The position numbers and the translations under genes are program-made. Under the pieces are notes generated by a model. The model was not told the origin of the DNA. It worked only from the letters and a program-made list of their open reading frames with translations, and ran no database searches. Shown here one piece after another: positions 42,164-52,962 of a stretch of 64,000 bases of DNA. This DNA comes from Curvularia clavata (lineage: Eukaryota), in NCBI GenBank assembly GCA_023920165.1, contig CP089281.1, forward strand, positions 124,001 through 188,000. Reading direction: 5' to 3'. Position 1 is the first letter of the stretch. Each line of letters starts with the position of its first letter.

Positions 42164-43667
42164 ATGGCACAGGTGATGAAGTAAGTCTTCTTATTGTCAT
42201 TGCATTCTGCTTAGTATCTGACTCTGCTCAAAGACCAGTCATGACCACGGCATACAACGCCCATCCTACGGAAAAGATGAGAGCGGCTCTTTGGACAGGC
42301 ACGAAATCGATCGAACTGGGCGAAGTATCTAAACCCACCATTACCGCTCCAAAGGATGCCATTGTGCACATCACCAACTGTACCATATGCGGTTCCGATC
42401 TGCATATGTATGCTGGAGATCTCAACAAAGTCATGGAGAAAGGGTTGATTATGGGCCACGAAGCCATTGGCATCGTTGAAGACGTTGGGCCTGAAGTAAA
42501 AAACCTGCGTAAAGGAGACCGAGTGATTATCCTACCGGTCATCGCGTGCGGCACTTGCTTCTATTGCGAGCGAAAAGAATTTTCTCTCTGCGATGGAACT
42601 AACCCATCGAAGGAACTGGAGCAGATGTACGGACATCGCCTATCCGGCATCTTCGGCTACTCCATGATTACGGGCGGATATCCTGGAGACCAGGCCGAGT
42701 ACTGCCGTGTGCCCAACGCAGATCTCACCTGTGTCAAAGCCCCAAAAGATATAGATGCTAAAAAACTGGTTGGTCTTGCAGATGTAACACCTACCGCTTG
42801 GCATGGGTGTGAGCTCGCGGAAGTTGGTGAAGGTGACGTTGTAGGCGTCTGGGGCTGTGGTGCGGTCGGCCTCTCAATCCAGCGCTTAGCCAAGCTTCGT
42901 GGAGCCAGCAAAGTTTATGCCGTTGACAAAGACGCACATCGGCTCGAGATCGCCAAATCTTTCGGTATGATTCCGGTTAATGTAAATGAGCATCCCGACC
43001 CTGCCGACTACATCTTGTCCGTTGAACCGCATGGTTTAGACCGAGGTATTGAAGCGAGTGGCTTTAGAAGCACGAATTCGGTCACCCATTCTACTATGAG
43101 AGCGATGGGCGTGGAAGGAGACAGCTCAGACACCGTCAGCGCGGTGATCAAGGCTACACGAAAGGGCGGAAACGTTGCTTTGATTGGCGACTTTTTCTAC
43201 TCGACGAATAACTTTCCGATCGGAATGCTGATGGAAAAAGCCATCACCCTACGTGGCGGTCAGCTTTACGCCCAGAAGGTAAGATATTATAACACATCGA
43301 GAAGCAACATGCACATCACCTCCCACCAACTTCTATCACCCCAATTTTATTCAATAAAAGACGGCTGTTAACTCTTATTGTGCCTATCTTCTAGTACTTT
43401 CCACTCCTTCTTGATATGGTCGTCGAAGGCAAATACGACCCTTCTTTCATGTTTACCCATCAAGGTACGCAATATTGAGCGTAATGCTCTAATCTGCTTC
43501 CTCGGCTTTGGCTCTGTCTTTCTTTGTTGCTGTTATCCTGGACTGACCATTATTTCTCAGATGACTTTGAAAACATCTCGCAGAACTACGATGCCTTCTT
43601 CAACCACAAAGTGCCTGGAGGATTGAAAGTGTGCCTCACAACCGCCTTTGGCCGGGCCCAGAAATAG
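42164..43667 (+). CDS. Zn-dependent medium-chain dehydrogenase (formaldehyde dehydrogenase-like)
   Basis: ICGSDLH, GHE, CGTCFYC...C structural-zinc loop, GDQAEYCRVP, VWGCGAVG. Short first exon (intron 42181-42233) and two 3' introns (~43279-43394, ~43465-43560). Confidence 0.92.
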
Positions 43668-44232
43668 TGAAGATATGTCTCGCATAGCGGCAAGTTGCGA
43701 ATTCTTGGTGACTGCCACGGTTTACTATGCAATTGTAATCTTTTCGTAGTGAGATTTCATGTGTTTTCACATTATGTGTCGCTCGTTAGCCGACAGTATC
43801 TCTACTATTTTGTCTTGAGTGGGGGCGGAGGCGTGACCATCATGGAGACTGTAGTTGTGCAGCTCGATTCCCAGAAATTTGAAATCGTCAAATATAGAAT
43901 ACTTATTTATTGACTGCTGTCAAAAAAGGGAGTAACTGCCCTAACTATGTACTTCAAGACGATTGCTGTCTCACAACTTTTAGCAGCATGCTACTAGGCC
44001 TAGTAATTCTTGGAGCAACTTGTTGTCGGCGTGCTTGCTGATATAAACGCGGAATAGATAATACTGTTTCGGATTATGTAGTGCTTAGTGTGGCGTCTTA
44101 GCACCAGAATGTTGTTTTAGTGAACTTGAGACAGACCCCAGGGAATTGAGTGTTCATTGTAATCTGATAACCATAGATACAGAATGGAAGAACTACCAGA
44201 ACACGGACCAAGGACTCTGTTTGAGTATTGCC

Positions 44233-45615
44233 TCAAAGGTATCCGGCAAAGAGATTTCCGAAGAATTTGTTTAGGAACATACCCTGAGGGTCGAACTGCT
44301 TGCGCAGCTTCAAATACTCCTTCAATGCCTCCTGATCACACGCCTGTGCATACCACATTTGCGCAGCCTCAACTGTCTTGTTGATGTGCGGGATACCACC
44401 ATGCTTGATAGCCAGCTCGCCAAAAGCCTTACGGAATTCCTTCCATCTGACATCATGAGGATCATGGTGTTCTGGGTCAACTACCACCATATTAGAGTTC
44501 TTACTGCGAGACAGTAGAGAAGCCTCGTCCTTCTTGATGAAGTAAACAATTGTGGGTAGCGTGATCAAAAAGTCTCGTTCCCTTCTGAACCGTTCGAGTA
44601 GTTCTCGATAGGCACGCACCATTTTGGGCCAGTTCGCCTCTGGAAAGGCCCAGTCGTGGAACTCAAAGTTGGGATCGTTCTCTGCATAGATTATGCCTCG
44701 ATCATTTGGATTGATAATGAATTCACTGCCTCGCAAAGCGTCCAGTGGACCCTTCACAAGGAAGTTACTAAGCGCTTTCGCATGATGAGCCGAGAGCTTC
44801 AAGCCCGCTAGGGCCTGAGTGAGAGGCAGTACGAGCTTAGTGAAGAGCTGGATAGCTTTGCTCTCGAGCGAATTGGTGAAAGGATGGGGCGGGCGCTTAT
44901 TGATATCTTGAAATTTGCGATGCTGAATCAGGATTGTGTCGACGTTCTGGAATATTAGAGCAAAGGCTTGATCAGAAGAGGATCGCAGTCTCTGCATTTG
45001 CCGGTCGAAATCGTCGAGGAAGTGCTCGATATTCTGGGTCTCGTAGGTGAAGAGCAAAGATCTGACAGGCCAGATGCGAAGAGTTACTTCGCACACCACG
45101 CCAAACAGACCAAAGTGAGACCTGATGGCTGGGAGATGTTCAGAGTTCTTCTTCTCGGATATTTCAATCAACTCGCCATCGCTTTTGACCAGCTTGACTC
45201 CTACAACATAAGAAGATACCTGGGCGCCATCCGCGAGCGAGGAGTCGTTGGCATGAGTACCGCTGATGGCACCATAGTGGAAGTTGCCCCACTCGAGGAT
45301 AACAGGTGGCTGATAACCTAGTGGTTTAAGGTAGTCACAGAGCTGATGTAATGATACACCAGCTTGAACAGTGACTGTAAGATTCTCCTTGTCGATCGAA
45401 AGAATTTTTTTCATATTCTCATCAGACAAAATGATGTCGCTGCCGACGAAACAAGGCGTAATGGAGTGCATAGCTCCGATGACTTTGATCTTTGAATTTT
45501 TTGCATGAGCTTCTCTGACGATTGTCTGGACCTCTTCGATAGTGTTTGGCTTCTTGAGTTTGATGTCTGCCACGTCGAACCTAATCTCATCGTTCCAGTT
45601 GACAAGTGTAGGCAT
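44233..45615 (-). CDS. FAD-linked aldonolactone oxidase-like protein (GULO/ALO family)
   Basis: Intronless 460-aa ORF; NWN N-terminus, IGAMHS, VTVQAGV, GAISGTHA, FGLFGVVCEVT, GGIPHINK, RKQFDPQGMFLN. Confidence 0.85.
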   Translation of the reverse strand: MPTLVNWNDEIRFDVADIKLKKPNTIEEVQTIVREAHAKNSKIKVIGAMHSITPCFVGSDIILSDENMKKILSIDKENLTVTVQAGVSLHQLCDYLKPLGYQPPVILEWGNFHYGAISGTHANDSSLADGAQVSSYVVGVKLVKSDGELIEISEKKNSEHLPAIRSHFGLFGVVCEVTLRIWPVRSLLFTYETQNIEHFLDDFDRQMQRLRSSSDQAFALIFQNVDTILIQHRKFQDINKRPPHPFTNSLESKAIQLFTKLVLPLTQALAGLKLSAHHAKALSNFLVKGPLDALRGSEFIINPNDRGIIYAENDPNFEFHDWAFPEANWPKMVRAYRELLERFRRERDFLITLPTIVYFIKKDEASLLSRSKNSNMVVVDPEHHDPHDVRWKEFRKAFGELAIKHGGIPHINKTVEAAQMWYAQACDQEALKEYLKLRKQFDPQGMFLNKFFGNLFAGYL

Positions 45616-46806
45616 ATTGGCTATGCTTGGAGTGTTTTCTGCTATCCCGATGACTCTAAATTGCGAGCAGATAACTATGTTTAAATAATGTCACATTCGA
45701 AAACCTTTAAGACAGATTGATGGGGTACAAGGATGCTCTGCATCGTAAGATCAGTGTACAGCCCGTTGAACCTGCCCCACTGAAGCTGAATATATGTTCA
45801 AGCTTTGATGCATGCTGCATGAGATTGAACGAGAAGACGAGGTTTCTTCGAGTGGCCTCAAACTTGTAATGTAAAGTGTTTGGAGCTACAGATCTGCTGT
45901 GGTACAACCCAGCTTTCAGCTGTAGGCAACAGCACTGCAACAAAGCTTACTGGCTATTTAAACCAAGGACCTGTGTAATTGCAGTGGTGGCTTAGTCAAT
46001 GTTTTCGTGAGCTCAGCTCAGCTCAGCTGAATGCTGACAAAACGGGGCACACGTAACTCCAATTTGCAGCTACTAATCGAGACCAATAGTTGTAAACTGT
46101 AGTCCTTAGCAGCTACTTCAGGCAGACCTGACCACTGCATCTCAGCCGTATCGTGCGACATTGCAGGCTGTGAAATCAGCCGTACCCCGCCTCAAGCTGA
46201 ACCTGTTGAGACGCCCTTACATCCTTGTCCTCACGTGGTTGAATTCGACAACCCATAACCTACCACCCTTACATAAGTAGTATCAGGCAAGAGTTATCCC
46301 ACTGTAATCCAATGCGACAGACTGAACGCCCTAGCCTAAACATGCTTTCTTTTGAAGACTCGATGGCTTTACTGTGCCAAGCAAGTAGAAATCTGTCTAT
46401 CTCCCTGAGCTGTTGTCGATTGATGCGAATTTCATGCTTCTCATGTTGTATAGGTGATATTCTTTACTTCAAAATGGGATTTACCCTCTGTGGCACCCGA
46501 CGATACCTTCTTATTTTGTTTAAGATAGTGCTTTTAATGACTTTTCCAAAATGTGAAACAGTCCTTCTTTCGCCCATGTTTCTCATACACTAGCGGAATC
46601 ACAGGCTTTGCATGTCGCTATCCAGGGTAGTGGCGTTAGATGGCGTTCTGTTGGGCATGCATGAACGCTGCCGCGCGTTCGTCGATGACTAAATCAAAAC
46701 ATGTGAATTGAATTGAATTGGTCTTACTATGAACTCAGCCTGTCAAGCGAATATAAATCGCAGGTAGTACCTTTGCGTGAAACAGTAAAGCCCAAGGGTC
46801 ATCAAT

Positions 46807-48625
46807 ATGGATCCAATGACCCACCCTATCAACGATGCAAATAGGGGTATCCATCAGCTGCGGAATGAGGTACAAAACATCCGAGCGCTGCTACCAGGCC
46901 CACCTCCGCAACAGTGCCCTATAGTTCTAGGTAACATGGCAGATCCAGAAGGAGATGAAGGAAATATATCATGACTGACAACGAGATCTAGTTCCTGGGT
47001 TTAGCGGATGGGGCCAACCCTTTCTAGGAACAGTGAACTATTTCGGCGGGTTTGAAAGCTTGCCATTGTTTTTGTGCGGGCTGGGTTACAATGTCATAGT
47101 AGTTCGTATTGGCCCTTTATCAACCAACAGAGATCGAGCATGCGAGATCTTCGAGCAGCTCACCAATGGGTAGAACTGCCGTTGGATTGCTAGGAAATCT
47201 TTAAATTAACTTGAACAGTATGTTCGACCTACCTGGTGTACCTCCAACCCTGATTCCTATTAACCTTGGGAATAATCATCCATCTCCTGACCCAGCTGCG
47301 ATGGCGACCGCTCAAACCTGGAGAGCAGTACTCTACAATTCTCCCGCGAACCCTCTTCCAACACCTTGGCAATGGAGTGCTGCAAATAGGGTCAACTTCA
47401 TCTGCCATTCGCAGGGTGGTACGACTATCAGGTATCTGATCGAACTATTGACTGGAACAAACACTCCCGATTTACCACAATTTCTCGGTGTTAACCGTCA
47501 GCCTTGGATTAAAACCGTCGTCACCTTGGGCACTCCGCATAAAGGGACAACAGTGACGGACGTAGTACGAGTAATTTGGCGATTGCCCAGTACTTGCATG
47601 TCAAAGGATTTGCTAATTTATGAATAGGATATCTTTGCTTCGACTGGCTTGGATCCCCTCATTGACTTCATTACTTCGTGTTCATTCCAATCACGACCGG
47701 AAAGGATTTACGATCTTCACCTGGACCACTGGGGTTTTTGTCGACGGCCAACAGATACGGACTACCAGGTAATGCGTGCACGAATTGCTCCCGTTGTTCG
47801 TGTGTGGTGGATTGGACGCAATAATGGACTTTATGACAACAGTCTACGTGGAGCCATGGATCTTGCATTGTTTGCCCCTTTGCCTTCACCGCATACCTAC
47901 TACTTTACGATGTCTTTCTGCGCGACGAACGAATTCCCTGAAGACGAAACACTTACTGCTGAGGAGGTGAATGATTTCCTCAGATTGTTCCCAGGAGATA
48001 ACATCATCAACTCTGGGGGCGTATTGGGCAGAATTGTAGCTTTTGCAGCTCCACTTGTAGCACGGCCTTTACAACGGGTCGGGATCCTCCCTTCATTACA
48101 AGCATTCTTAGGGTGGGTGACTAACGTAGCGAGCAACCATCTTCAGGGTCTAGGTTACAATTACCGAATTCCTGGACCCGGCACGCAGATACCTCGGCCG
48201 GACATGCTCCCAGCTATAGCATTTCCTTCTTACGTTATGGGAGGACTCAACATACCCACAGGTGTGAATATTAACATTACTTCGCAAAGCTTTAGACGTA
48301 ACGACGGCATTGTGAATACCGCATCCATGGACGGCCCAGATCAGACCTTGATAAACAATGGGAGTTTTGCAGCTCACTTCGCCACACCCGGTGCGCAAGG
48401 TATTCACGGGAGATATTGGCATATGGGTGAGAACACGACAATCGATCATGCAGATCAAATTGGCGTTTTCACGAATGCTACCACGGTAAATCTCCGCCTC
48501 TTCAGAACGTCAATACCTTTCTTAGCGACTTGTAGCGTTGCTGAATTGTGCTGACAGAAACGTAGCTTGCTGAGATTAAGGTTATGTATTTGTTGTTTGC
48601 AGAGCTGGGAGACCGTCTCCCATAA
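46807..48625 (+). CDS. Alpha/beta-hydrolase lipase resembling bacterial family I.5/I.6 lipases
   Basis: PIVLVPGFSGWG..NYFGG, GPLSTNRDRACE, ICHSQGG nucleophile elbow, VTLGTPHKGT, NDGIVNTASM, DHADQIG; four GT-AG introns. Confidence 0.85.
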
Positions 48626-49346
48626 TCGATGGAAAACCTATCCTATCCTCAGTCCTCACGCTACGAGAAGATTGAACCAAGTCTCTTTGTTTGAATCTGC
48701 TTCAAATTGCAGAAGTGCGAACACAAAAGTCGAGTCCATTTGTCTGAAACTTTGGAGACCCTAATCTTAATTACATTCTATCTTTGATTACCATGACTTT
48801 TCCTCAGATAACTGATCCATGTTCCAATTTCGTGGCCAGCGCTCTTCGTTCATAGAGGATTTGTCCTCCAAGGCCCAGAACTAACCTTTTTACTCTATCT
48901 TGAAGTATAGATAGCTGCCATGACTCAATTGCATGTTATAATTAATCTGCGCGCATCCAGTCTACTAACTTTCTTTCCATTGCCATGTATATTGCGTGAG
49001 TTATGAGATTGCGCTTAGTGGAGACTTGATGTTTATGAACATGTTGCATGCTAACTTGGATTTGCGCTTTGTAGTGTTTAATTCCCAGGTAATCCGAGGC
49101 CGTTTAGCATGCGCCCATAGAACTCTTATTTAGTACTTGTGAATGGAGCAGATTGATACTCCGTCTACTATAAGCGAGGTTGGCTATCTGTTATTACTCA
49201 ACGTTTTTTCTACTGAAGCTTACTACCAGAGACTACCATTGTACGAAGAGAAGAGCACCAAAGAACATTAACAGCGCAGTCTTGTGAAGCTAATATATGA
49301 ACGAAATTACGTGCAACATGAGTTTAGCATTTGCATGACCCTGCGT

Positions 49347-52300
49347 CTACGAACCAATCTGGTCTTCTTTCTTTCTATGGATTAATTTGCGTAAGTTCTA
49401 GCATAGTGTAGTTAATACCTGAATGTAAAGCTCATATCATATACATATTGAATTCTTACCTCTAGTGATGATTCATTTGAGAGTAGAGTGGTGACGAGTA
49501 GTTTCTTCCGATCTTGAACGTCCAGGATGTACTAGGAAGAGACATGTTAGTGCATGGTATGTCATTGAATGAACAGCTTGTGGCTACCGATTGAAGAAAT
49601 ACAGTGGAACAATTACCTCTTCAAAGGAGTCGTCCATGACGTAACGAATAGTCCTTACAGGACGAGTCTGCCCCAAGCGATGAACGCGAGCAAGCGCTTG
49701 GTCTTCCAGAGAAGGGTTCCATTGTGGCTCGAGAAGGTGTGCCCTCGAAGCCGCAGTGAGATCCAGGCTTGTATAGTTGTCAGCAAAATGTGATAAATTG
49801 GTGAAGAGTGCTTAGTAAACCCACCCACAAGCACCACAAGCGATTGTGACCAGGATGACACGCATGCTAGGATCGTTATGGAGCTGTTGTATAGCGTAAT
49901 CTCGGTTCTTCAACGGTACATTGCCATCGATTCGGACTGACTGGATTATGCGATTCGGATCACACCGAAATGCCTTTTCTACCATGTCGAGGCTTGATGT
50001 CCAGCATGAGAATACCACACTAGCAGTAAGTCAATTATGAAATATGTTTCGGAGCTTCCACTGAACTGACTGTTTTTCATCCGGGTATAACCTAATTTGC
50101 GAAAGAAGAGCCGATATCTTGCTTGGAAGCGCACTGATGCTGTCGGACTCTATTGAGTAAGGAGAAAGGTCGGCACTGGGAGTGAGCCTTGGGGTAGGTA
50201 AGAATGATGTCAAAGGACGAAGTTGACATGGTGACGACTGGTCCGGACAAGCGCATGAATTCATAGCTCGATATTGAAGTAGTTTAGAGCAATTGGCGCA
50301 GTAGAAATTACTGCAAGCCGAGTAGTAGACCCGAGGTTTTTCGACATGCTGTAACGCACTGAATGGTGCTGAGACCTCGACTGGCTGCAGGCAATATACG
50401 CAAAGCTCCCCGCCCATTGCGAATCGAGCGGTCATCACTGACGTTTTTTCATCGATGCTATCCGGATTTGGGGTGCACCCGGATGGAGAGGGAGCAGTTA
50501 GCCCCAGATTGCAAAAAAGGCGAAGCTTGTTGATTTGTTGTATAACAGACATCCAGGTGCCGTTGGTATGGGTACCATTCTCTGGTATGCAATCTAGCAT
50601 ATCAGCTACGGGTTGTTCAATCCGGCGGTAGTGTTCTTTCTCTTCACGACTGAAAGGCACACGTATCAACTTGTCTTCTCTACTAGGTAGATCCAAGACA
50701 GCCTTCGTTCGCCTAAGCATGACACTCGAAAGAAGTTTCTTGAATACCTCAGCGGCCTGGTCGATAGATTTGACGCGCCAAACATGTGTTATATCGTCAT
50801 CAAACGCCTTCGGGTCGTCGTAAGGCGCGAAATGGAGGAATTTGAAGAGGCTATGCAAGTCTAGTAGACTGTTTTGGATTGGGGTGCCCGAGACTGCCCA
50901 TCTAGAGGTTGCCCGTAGCGCAGTCACTGCTTGTGCAGTCGAGGTGTTGTGATTTCGTATAATGTGTGCTAGGCAAGGTGAAAATCAGGATCGAATCGCA
51001 AACTGCAAAGTATCCCCCACACTTACCTTCATCAAGTATGATACGTCTCCAGTGGTGAAAGAATACGGAATCCTCACTTTCAGCGCGGTTGCGATACTCT
51101 CTCTCAATAGTCGGGTACGTAGTAAACACAACATCTAGTGAGTTTTAATCCGCGTATCTTGTATAATCTTTATACCATCAAGTCATACCAGGTTGGCTTT
51201 GCCTATCCCGCAGTCTAAACTTATTTTTGCCGTGATGCCTGCACCACTTCAACTTGCCCTTGTGTAGATGACTAGTGAAAGTTAGTTCGCGTGAGCTTTA
51301 TTCATAGGGGCGGCATACCGTTCTAGCTGTGATTCCCAGACGTTGAACACTATACAGAACGTCAGCGCGTATTAGGTTGAATTTTGCAGGTACCATTACA
51401 GCTTGGCGGTAGTACTATCAAGGTTGAGTGTATGGAGGTCTCAGAAACAGGGTGGCTCATGAGCAAATCGTTGCGTAAAGTGCGATCCTGATCAGACGCA
51501 ATCAGAGCAATCATGCTCAATGTCTTCCCAAGACCCATCTCATCAGCAAGCAATCCACCGAGCCACAAAGGTCCTGAAGTAGATCTGGCTTCATTGGTCA
51601 CAAGGTTTACAAAGCTAATACCCATCAAGATCAGCATTGATATCTAAAGATGCTCACTTTATACGCACGTTGAGCATTCTCCACTCATCTTTCGCAGCCA
51701 TATACCTAAGCCATCCTGGCTTGGATGTAGTCCCCGTTCTCGTCTTAGAAGGAAAGTCAGTGCTCGTCTCTGATGCCTGCGAAGACTTGTTAGCAGCTTT
51801 ACCTATCTCGCCACAAATTACTCACAGTTTCAACTCGGTGCGCAGTGCTGTTGGGTTACCCGACAACTTGATATCATCAGCAGTCTCGAAACCAGACAGA
51901 AAATCGAGAGAGGGTCGTGAAAAGTCATCCATGTGAGTTCTTTGCGGCTGTGACAACTCTAGGGTCATTGGAGGCTGTTCATGCAAGCTAAAGAGACATT
52001 GAGGGTTCATGTATGGGACGTTGCGGTCACAATCAACGGGATCATCCAAATAGCAACTAGCCTCGGCCATGAATTCGGCTACATCGCCAAGGCGTCGTCT
52101 GGGGCCATATATGATGACTCCAAGGAACTTGGTGCCATCTCTTGGTTGTTTCCGTTCAGTTGTGGGGGTAAGTGCAGTTGGAGAAAGCATGAGTTGTAAG
52201 ACGAGCTCGTCATCGGAAACAAGTGCTTGTAGTAACTTTGCACCATAGTCATCTAACTGTCCGCCTAATGTATCGAAAATACCACAGCAGATTGTGCGAG

Positions 52301-52643
52301 GTTGTTCAAAGCGAATTCGACGTTCGGGCGAGGCAGGAGGAGTGACATGATGAGCAGGATAGCGTACAACCAAATCTGATATCTGCATAGTGTAAGCATG
52401 GACTGCAAAGACGAGCAGAGTGTGACGAACCATGCCGTAACACACTAATGTATCTTCACATATCTCTCCCGCGGTTGCGCAGACAGATAATGGTGGTCCC
52501 GTCTGCTTCGAGGGTTCATGTTCGGACTCATTGCAAATGCTCGTAATCGTGACGCGTGCTACGGGGTGGGCATTCAGTCGTCGTCGTTTTGGGGACGGGG
52601 CCGCAGTATCATGGATCACTATTTTAGGGGGACGTTCCGTCAT
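49347..52643 (-). CDS. SNF2-family ATPase, Rad5/Rad16-like, with Cys-rich insert
   Basis: GGLLADEMGLGKT (motif I), FTTYPT, RIILDEAH (II), WAVSGTPIQN (III), VMLRRTK, Cys-rich RING-like insert, RIDGNV, GLDLTAASR..LLEPQWNP..EDQALARVHRLGQ (V/VI); many short introns. Confidence 0.9.
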
Positions 52644-52962
52644 ACTGTGGACTCATGAAGGGAGTAAGAAGTGTTGCTCTGCGAATCGCCATTATCATGA
52701 TGGAGGACGGCTGAAGGCTGCGAGAGTTGAGTAGACAGCCGCCAAGCCGTTAACAGCAAGCCACTGGGGCTGAGCAGGGCTGTGACACGACGCTAAACAG
52801 CTATGTCTTCAGCCTGGGAGTTGCTGCTGCTCGCCAGCTTTTTTTTTCAGTTCTTCGAGATACTGCGCACTGATTGTGTTTGAGGTGCCAGCAGTGTGTA
52901 TCGTGTCTGGGTCAAGACGTCAGGTTCCACTGCCCCGCGACTCCCGCGCGCGGCCCGATCCG
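52644..52962. promoter_or_regulatory. Putative bidirectional promoter shared by the SNF2 and NACHT genes
   Basis: Only 319 bp between divergent start codons (52643 on -, 52963 on +). Function inferred from geometry only. Confidence 0.5.

Noticed and set aside
46010..46030. Short (AGCTC)n tandem run, and an 11-bp direct repeat near 7061/7087
   Set aside because: Too short; ordinary microsatellite or chance repeats, with no spacer structure like a CRISPR array.
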